This document shows, piece after piece, positions 55,901 to 64,000 of a stretch of DNA of 64,000 nt (its first letter is position 1; every line of letters starts with the position of its first letter). The notes beneath the pieces are model-generated. The model was not told where the DNA came from, ran no database searches, and was given only the letters and a program-made list of their open reading frames with translations. The position numbers and the translations under genes were made by a program. Source of the stretch: Guillardia theta CCMP2712 (taxonomy: Eukaryota > Protista > Cryptophyta); contig NW_005434593.1 of NCBI RefSeq assembly GCF_000315625.1, positions 343,657-407,656 of the forward strand, written 5' to 3'.

Positions 55901-58900
55901 AACGAGTCAATGCAACTTTGTTTGAGTGTATCTCTCCGCCTATTTCTCAGGGTATTGACTTTGTCCTGTTTAGAATTCTAGACTTGCAGTCACATCTGGC
56001 TCAGACTCAAGTTACAATGTCAGTTTATTCAAAAGATAACTACACAATTGTTTTTGAAGAAGTTAGGAGAGATGGCTTGAATCTTCGCTTGAAAGTGAGC
56101 AATTTGATCTTGGGAAAATCAACTTGTCAATGCATTTTTAAAGATCAAGAAAGTGCTATGCTTCTCAAACAAGATTCGGCAAAGGTCACATCTGAGTTAC
56201 TCGAGTGCGAGATACCATGTATCAATGCAAAGGTACTCAAGTTCAACGTTCGTTGTGGCTGCAGTTTCTCTGACACTCACGTCCTTGCTCTGCCTATTGT
56301 CCTGAAATTGTTTGCTTCCAGCAGCGTGGCTTGGAACAATACTGCCATCAACATCATTGGAGATAATTTTCTGCCTCAAGACGTTCAGCTTCTGTATGGA
56401 AAGAAGACTGTCCAAGGACTGTATTTGTCGTCCACTCATTTGCGCCTGCAAACTCGCAGTCGGGATCGTGGAACCGTATGGATTTCTCTGAGCTTTTGCT
56501 CCCTCATGGGCGGGTCACTCTCGTTTCACAGCGAACCTTCAGTCCTGCATATTCGACCTTCTGTTGGCCCAGTCAATGGTGGAACAAATGTCACCGTCGC
56601 AGTCTCTAAAACAGATCTCCAATTTTCCTGTGTTTTTGGGGAACGCATAGTTGAGGCTCACTACATCACTTCATCTTCGGTGTATTGTGTTTCCCCGTCG
56701 TTTGAGACTCCGATTCGCGTGCCTGTGTCGTATGGTAACCCTCATAGCCTTGATAAATCTGCGACAACATCTGCCTATTTCATTTTTCAAGTTGATGACA
56801 GGATAATTGGTATACAGCCTTCCGCGGGACCATTCGAAAATCCGACAAGTGTATTGATCAATTTGAAAGGAAGTAGTATCTGGGAAAAAGGATCAATTCA
56901 TTGCTTCTGCAATGCAAAGCAGCATTCTGTGGGTAAGCTCTTGTCATCGTCACAAATTTCATGCACTTTCTTTGCAATGGATATGCAAGAGCCGGCCCTA
57001 ATTTCTGTCACAAGTGAATATGTGAGGACGATTGACCCTATACTGTACTATCATGAAGATATACCTCGCATCATATCAGTAACTTACAAATTTGCTCTGA
57101 ATGGAATGAAAAATGTTTATTTCATTCAAGGATATGGATTTACCAAAAGTTCCCTCTCGCCCACTTGCAAGATTGGTTCTAGCTTGTTATCAAGAGCACT
57201 GTGGATTTCACATCAAAAGATGTTGTGCATGATGGATAATCAAGTATTCAGCAAATACAAACAAGGCAATTACACAATTCGTGTCAGCAACAACGGAATA
57301 CATTACTCAAATTCCTTCAAAATACTCCAGGTGATGGAAACCTTCATTGCAAACAGCCTTCAGCCAACATGGGGCATAGCCGGGGGCGGGGCGACAGTGG
57401 TGACGGTATGGGGAGCTTTGATAGGGGAGGCAGGCAGGGGAGTGGTGTGCAAGTTCGGAGAGAAGGGAAGGCCTACGGAAGGGCAGGGGGTAGGCTCGTC
57501 AGGAGTAGTCTGCGAGGCGCCCGGACAGCAGGAGCAGCGGGCCAGCTTGTACTTGTCCACGGACGGGGGTCTGACTTTCGAAGACAGCGGACGAGTGTTT
57601 GAGTACATCCAAGCGGGGACGATCATACGGCTAGAGCCTTGCGAGGGGCCGGTATCAGGAGGCACACGCGTGAGGGTGATCGGGTCAGGGATGATGGGGG
57701 GAGAAGGGCTTGGGTGCCGTTTCGGAGGCGTGGGAGGACGAGAGGGGAGGGCGCGTTGGGAGTCGAGCAGCGTTGTGAGCTGCATCGCGCCAGAGCACAC
57801 AGGGGAGGAGGCAGTGGAAGTGTCAATAACGAGGGACGGGCAAGGGACGGCGACGACGGGAGGGGCCGGGTATAGGTACAGTACGTGGCCGGAGGTGACG
57901 GGGGTGTATCCGAGTCAAGGACCGACGCGAGGAGGGTTTGTGGTCAGGGTAGCGATGGACGGGGTACAAGGGAAAGGAGGACGGTGGGAGGCGGCCTGGT
58001 GTCGGATAAGAGAGGGGGAGGAGTGGCTAGGAACGACGGCGTCAGAGGGGTCGAGGATCGAGTGCGTGATGCCAGCACATGGGAGAGGGAACGCATCGCT
58101 GGAGGTCAGCCTCAACGGGCAGGACTGGTCCACGGGAGGGCGGGTCGAGTACAGAGAGCCGCGGTGCGAGGTGGTAAGGGTAGAGCCGTCGCTGGGGCCA
58201 GAGAGGGGCGGTACGGTAGTGGAGGTCAGGGTGAGAGGTTGGGCGACAGCAGGAGGGTCAGGGGGAGGGTCAGCGGTCTGCATGTACGACGGGGAGGCAG
58301 GGGTGGAGGGGACGGTTGTCGGAGGGGGAGTAGTACGATGCAAGACGCCCGGGGCAAGACGGGGAGGGGGAAGCGAGCCAGGGCGGGAGGTCGAGGTGAG
58401 CGTCGAGGCAGTAGGCACAGAGGGCCGGTGCAGCGGAGGAAGGTACATGTACTACGGGGGGGTAGAGGTAACGGGGGTGAGGCCTTCGATCGTTACAGCG
58501 GGGACGGGGACGGCGCTGACGGTAGTAGGAAGAGGCTTCTTGATCGGGGCGGAGGGACGTTGCAAGTACTGGGACATGAGGAGCGGGGGCGGGCTGAGCT
58601 GGGAGGAGGCGATAGGAGTAGGGATCACGTCAAGCATGGTGCGGTGCGGGAGCATAGAGACCGGGGGCCCAGGGATGCATGGAGCGAAGGAAGTGGACGT
58701 GAGCATCAACGGAGTAGACTACACGGGGGCTGGGGCAGAGGTGCTGTACGAGGCTGCAGCGACGCTGACGGGCATCATCCCGAGCAGGGGGCCGGCAGAC
58801 GGGGGCGGGAGCATAACGCTGATAGGGGCGGGGCTGAGCAAGTATACGGTGGAAGGGGCGCGATGCCGGGTAGGAGCTCAAGACGCAGGGTACGCGAGAT

Positions 58901-61900
58901 GGATAACATCGAGCCAGGCGGAGTGCAGCCAGGTACAGGGGGGCAGGGGGAATGTAACGGTCGAGCTGAGGGGGAGGGAAGGGGAGGTAATAGCACGCGG
59001 GATCAGGTACGAGTATTCACAGAGGTGGAGCGTGACGAGGGCTTCACCAAGCGTAGGCCCTGTTAATGGAGGGCAGAGGGTAACACTGTACTTGGGTGGG
59101 GACGAATCGCAAATGCCGAACGAGAGCGGTGCAGTGTGTTTGTTCGGCTCCCAGAGGACAAGCCCTGCACAGAGAGTCAGTATGTCGGAGGTGCAGTGCG
59201 AGAGTCCCGCTCGCCTCGGGGGCGGGGAAGGGCTGGTTTGCCTTTGGGTAACGGACAGAGGTACTGTGTCCTGGGATATCGAGAGCTGCAGGGTCGGAAG
59301 CGGGGGTGTACCATATCTGTACATGGCTACAACCAGGATCTCGGGCGTGGAGCCATCCTTTGGGGCGCTACATGGTGGGACAGTCGTTACTATCTCGTTG
59401 GATCCAGGTATGGGCTTGATGCAACCAATCCAAGTGGTATGCGAGTTTGGAGGCAAGCCAGGAGAAGGATCGGTATTGGAGACAAGCCTTGCGAGAGGGC
59501 CAGAGCAAGTGAAGGTCAGGTGCACGACACCCAAGGGAGAAACCGAAGGAGCGGTGCAGCTGAGAGTGTATCTGGAGGGTCCTGATGGGTCAACAGAGAG
59601 CGTGACAGACTTCTGGTATGAGGAGGCAGCTCGGGTGACCGACATAAAGCCCTGTCGAGCCCGACTCGTCAATGCACAAGCGATCACGATAGTCGGGGCG
59701 TACTTCAAGAGATCAGCCAGCCTTGCGTGCAAGCTTGGACTCATGACTAAGACAGCAGCTAGGTGGGAATCTAGCACCATGGTAGTCTGTATACTACCGG
59801 CAGGACAATATCCAGCAGTGTCAGGGTCAGGCGGAAACATGACGGTAGCTATCAGCAACAACGGGGTAGACTACTCAAGGCCGGGAACTTTGCGACTGCA
59901 GTACACAGGAGCAGGAGGAAAGGGAGTGGAGAGGATAGAGCCAACATGGGGCATAGCCGGGGGCGGGGCGACGGTGGTGACGGTGTGGGGAGCTTTGATA
60001 GGGGAGGCAGGCAGGGGAGTGGTGTGCAAGTTCGGAGAGAAGGGAAGGCCTACGGAAGGGCAGGGGGTAGGCTCGTCAGGAGTAGTCTGCGAGGCGCCCG
60101 GACAGCAGGAGCAGCGGGCCAGCTTGTACTTGTCCACGGACGGGGGTCTGACTTTCGAAGACAGCGGACGAGTGTTTGAGTACATCCAAGCGGGGACGAT
60201 CATACGGCTAGAGCCTTGCGAGGGGCCGGTATCAGGAGGCACACGAGTGAGGGTGATCGGGTCAGGGATGATGGGGGGAGAAGGGCTTGGGTGCCGTTTC
60301 GGAGGCGTGGGAGGACGAGAGGGGAGGGCGCGTTGGGAGTCGAGCAGCGTTGTCACTTGTGTGACACCAGATGGCATTTATCCTGGAGTCGTCAGTCTTT
60401 TTCTTTCGTCTCCGACCTCGGCGTCAGCTTTTTTGTTTCGCCCAATTTTTGAGTGCACCATTTTGAGGGTGAATTTCATTCAGAAATTATACAGGGGAAG
60501 CTCAGTGCATTCAACAAGGGTACTTCTTCGATTTGATCCCGTTACAGATTGGGGTTTACATGGGATATTGTGTAGGATTGGAGCTAGCATAAGGGGCAAG
60601 GCAAGCTGGTTGACTCAGAGCAATCTGATGTGCACATTCCTTGAATCAAGCCCATATCACATCATTAACAAATCAGTCGAAGTCAGTTACAATAGACAAA
60701 ATTTCCAGATGTGCGGAACAATAAGAGAAACGCCAACAGCAGTAATCAAAATCGAACCAACCTGGGGCATTGTAAACCAAGTAACGCATGTGACAGTCTA
60801 CACATCATCGAGCTTTTCCTTTCAAGGATTACCGATAGTGTGTAGATTTGGGAACACTGCAGCTTTGTCCACTGCTCAAACACTACACAACGGTATATAC
60901 ACATGCAAAGCAGAAGAGCAAAGAGAGCAGAGGGCCAGCTTGTACTTGTCCACGGACGGGGGTCTGACTTTCGAAGACAGCGGACGAGTGTTTGAGTACA
61001 TCCAAGCGGGGACGATCATACGGCTAGAGCCTTGCGAGGGGCCGGTATCAGGAGGCACACGCGTGAGGGTGATCGGGTCAGGGATGATGGGGGGAGAAGG
61101 GCTTGGGTGCCGTTTCGGAGGCGTGGGAGGACGAGAGGGGAGGGCGCGTTGGGAGTCGAGCAGCGTTGTGAGCTGCATCGCGCCAGAGCACACAGGGGAG
61201 GAGGCAGTGGAAGTGTCAATAACGAGGGACGGGCAAGGGANNNNNNNNNNNNNNNNNNNNNNNNNNNNNNNNNNNNNNNNNNNNNNNNNNNNNNNNNNNN
61301 NNNNNNNNNNNNNNNNNNNNNNNNNNNNNNNNNNNNNNNNTATATCCGAGTCAAGGACCGACGGGAGGAGGGTTTGTGGTCAGGGTAGCGATGGACGGGG
61401 TACAAGGGAAAGGAGGACGGTGGGAGGCGGCCTGGTGTCGGATAAGAGAGGGGGAGGAGTGGGTAGGAACGACGGCGTCAGAGGGGTCGAGGATCGAGTG
61501 CGTGATGCCAGCACATGGGAGAGGGAACGCATCGCTGGAGGTCAGCCTCAACGGGCAGGACTGGTCCACGGGAGGGCGGGTCGAGTACAGAGAGCCGCGG
61601 TGCGAGGTGGTAAGGGTAGAGCCGTCGCTGGGGCCAGAGAGGGGCGGTACGGTAGTGGAGGTCAGGGTGAGAGGTTGGGCGACAGCAGGAGGGTCAGGGG
61701 GAGGGTCAGCGGTCTGCATGTACGACGGGGAGGCAGGGGTGGAGGGGACGGTTGACGGAGGGGGAGTAGTACGATGCATGACGCCCGGGGCAAGACGGGG
61801 AGGGGGAAGCGAGCCAGGGCGGGAGGTCGAGGTGAGCGTCGAGGCAGTAGGCACAGAGGGCCGGTGCAGCGGAGGAAGGTACATGTACTACGGGGGGGTA

Positions 61901-64000
61901 GAGGTAACGGGGGTGAGGCCTTCGATCGTTACAGCGGGGACGGGGACGGCGCTGACGGTAGTAGGGAGCGGCTTCTTTGCTGGGTTGCGAATGCAATGCA
62001 GTTTTCGACTAAGACATCGAATGCTGTCTGAGTTTTTGCCTCTTTTTCATTCTTTTTATTCATCCAGGGTTGTTGTTTGTTGGCTCCCTGCTGTTTTATC
62101 CGAAAAGTTGAAACTTTTTGATTTTCGTTTTTTAGTATCCGATTTGGTTTTTGATTCTACATTACGGATTGTTACTAGCCCAAAACTAGATGGCGTTTTT
62201 CCTTCGTTTATTGGTGTTGGGTACGCAGGTTGGATCACAATGTTCAGTCACTCAGATGTTTTCTCTTTGTTGTATGACCTAGACTTGCAATGTCGCTTTG
62301 GAGACGTTGTATCAACAGCCGTCATAATAGATGGAAAACGTGTAAATTGTTCTATCTTTGCTACAAGAATCGGAAACATATCGCTTTCTTTGTATCTCGC
62401 GAACAGGTCGTTTGGTGTAACTCCCGTTATAGTTCAAGTAAAGGAGCAAGCATTTCATTCTACATCTACTTGCAGCAATATCAGTCTGCTGTCTGTCAAT
62501 CCATCTTCAAGTCCAGATGGCATGAATGCAGTGATAACTTTGAAATTTCAAACAACCTGCAGCATTCTTCAATTACCATTATTTTGTCTGTTTTCATCCC
62601 AAATTCAGGAATTACAAATGCAGACATTTGGTTGCGGGAATGATACCAATTCAGTTTGTTGTGAGGTACCAAAATGGCGAAATGAAAGCTTTATTCAAGT
62701 GCGTTTGACCTCGCCGAATCACTCTTCAAATGCTCTAGATTACTTGATTTACAAAAGCCCATATATTTCGAATTTGGTACCATCATCATCATTTCTTGTT
62801 TCAACACAATTCGCTTTAACTGTGCAAGGCTCTGGTTTTTCCAATGACATGGTCTGTGTCTTTGGGAGTAATGGGACCAAATCTGTAATATGGTTCCAGT
62901 CAAATACAGCAATCATATGCCACAGTTCTGGTCTTAAACCGGGTAATTACACCTTTCAGCTCAAGTCCAGAGCCAGCACATTCACAATTAGCAATCCCTC
63001 AATTTTTCAGCTAAACATCGCAAAACATATCAATAACATTGTTCCCAAATTTTCTTTTGAAGGTCAAAGATCAAGTCTGACAGTGAGTGGAGGACCTTAC
63101 AGGGATGATGGAAAGTTGAAATGCAATATAATCTATCCAAATAATTTGACAAAAGAAGTTACAGCAACGGTGCTAACAGATCATCAACTGAAATGCGTTC
63201 TCTTCCCACAATTACCTGGAAAGTACCTTGTTGAAGTTGTGCAAGACTCGGTCACTGTTTCGCACACCCAGGAACGGATGCTCTTCCACGAGGTTGTTCC
63301 CTTGCCCTCAGTAGATAGCATGTTTCCGAGCACGGGTCCAGTAGCGGGCTTGTCACAGGTCACAATCATCGGAAAGAATTTCTTTGGGCTACAATCTATC
63401 TCAAGAGACGTATACTGTGTATTCGACGGGACGAAAGGGGCACCTGGAAAAATAGGAAGCGATAGCGAGGTCCTATGTCAAACGTCTCCACATGCGGTGG
63501 GGACGGTCGGAGTTGGTATACAGGTCTCATCGATGCCAATGCTTGATACCATGCTCCGTTTCGAATACCACGCGGTACCTAAGATAATGCAGGTGAGTCC
63601 CAGCATTGGGCAATGGTCGAGACATCCAACGGCGGTGACGGTCTACGGGGAGGGCTTTTTCGATGGAGAAGGGCTTTCTTGCATCGTCGGATCAAAGGGG
63701 AGCTATAAAGGGAAATACATTTCTTCATCTGCTGTCGTCTGTCTTCTTGAAAACCTTGACGGAGGTAATCATACTGTGACCATCAGCAACGATGGGGTCA
63801 CTTACATGAAGTCGGATGTGTCCATCGAGATGCTTTCTCGCTCTATGATCATGTCTGTGAAACCTTCGAAATGTTATTGGGTACGTGGAATGAAGCTGAC
63901 GGTATTTGGGAAGTCATTTGGGCCTAGAAGTGACTTCAAGTGTGTCTTGACTTCCTGGTCAGTAGCTCCTATAGTGATAGAGGGCAAGCTGATAGGCCTG
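49967..64000 (+). CDS. Giant secreted/surface protein of tandem IPT/TIG (Ig-like, plexin/fibrocystin-type) domains, 3' end beyond window
   Basis: Signal MGRIAHILLEALVLLLLNSTDSA, then a recurring unit (I..I.P..GP..GGT.V.V.G..F....C.FG...A...SSS...C..P...V.VSNNG.DF). A few short introns up to about 51725, then one huge open frame (3328-aa ORF) that resumes after the gap at 61343 and appears open to 64000. Confidence 0.92.
54040..55421. repeat. Intragenic direct duplication 54040-54581 / 54880-55421
   Basis: 542 bp, one mismatch seen (54445 T vs 55285 C, F to L). Confidence 0.95.
57362..61977. repeat. Intragenic direct duplications 57362-57776 / 59939-60353 and 57532-58541 / 60925-61977
   Basis: Near-identical G/A-rich coding blocks. 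The third copy spans the N gap. Confidence 0.93.
61241..61340. other. Assembly gap (100 N placeholder; true size probably 57 bp)
   Basis: Flanks align to 57847 and 57905 in the paralogous copy, leaving 57 nt, which would restore the reading frame. Confidence 0.9.

Noticed and set aside
61241-61755. Apparent frameshift and stop ending the 3328-aa ORF
   Set aside because: Artefact of a 100-N placeholder. The paralogous copy implies 57 nt, which keeps the frame.

Overview
Intron-rich eukaryotic nuclear DNA with about 50-nt GT-AG introns, CTGAC-like branch points, (GGA/TCC)n tracts inside introns and bipartite signal+transit peptides. These features point to an alga with a complex red plastid, most likely a cryptophyte such as Guillardia theta (inference). 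Genes reconstructed by hand: an ankyrin protein with a signal peptide and MRLRGG motif, a MARK/SNF1-type kinase, Tim17, a hypothetical protein, two head-to-head near-identical 53-aa peptide genes, a HELQ helicase, a plastid-type fructosamine kinase, a Sel1-repeat protein, mitochondrial LysRS, a membrane-anchored SAM methyltransferase, kinesin-14, an NDUFB8-like subunit and a giant IPT/TIG-repeat protein running off the right end. Most notable: (1) two genes encoding three-finger (Ly6/uPAR/snake-toxin-like) Cys domains with shared intron positions, a fold described essentially only in animals; (2) a signal/transit-peptide-bearing, bacterial-type Ser/Thr kinase with a calmodulin-like four-EF-hand module inserted in its activation loop; (3) a mosaic IPT-repeat gene built from recently copied cassettes of very different base composition; (4) the inverted peptide gene pair. 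All exon structures were inferred by eye and need RNA-seq confirmation.
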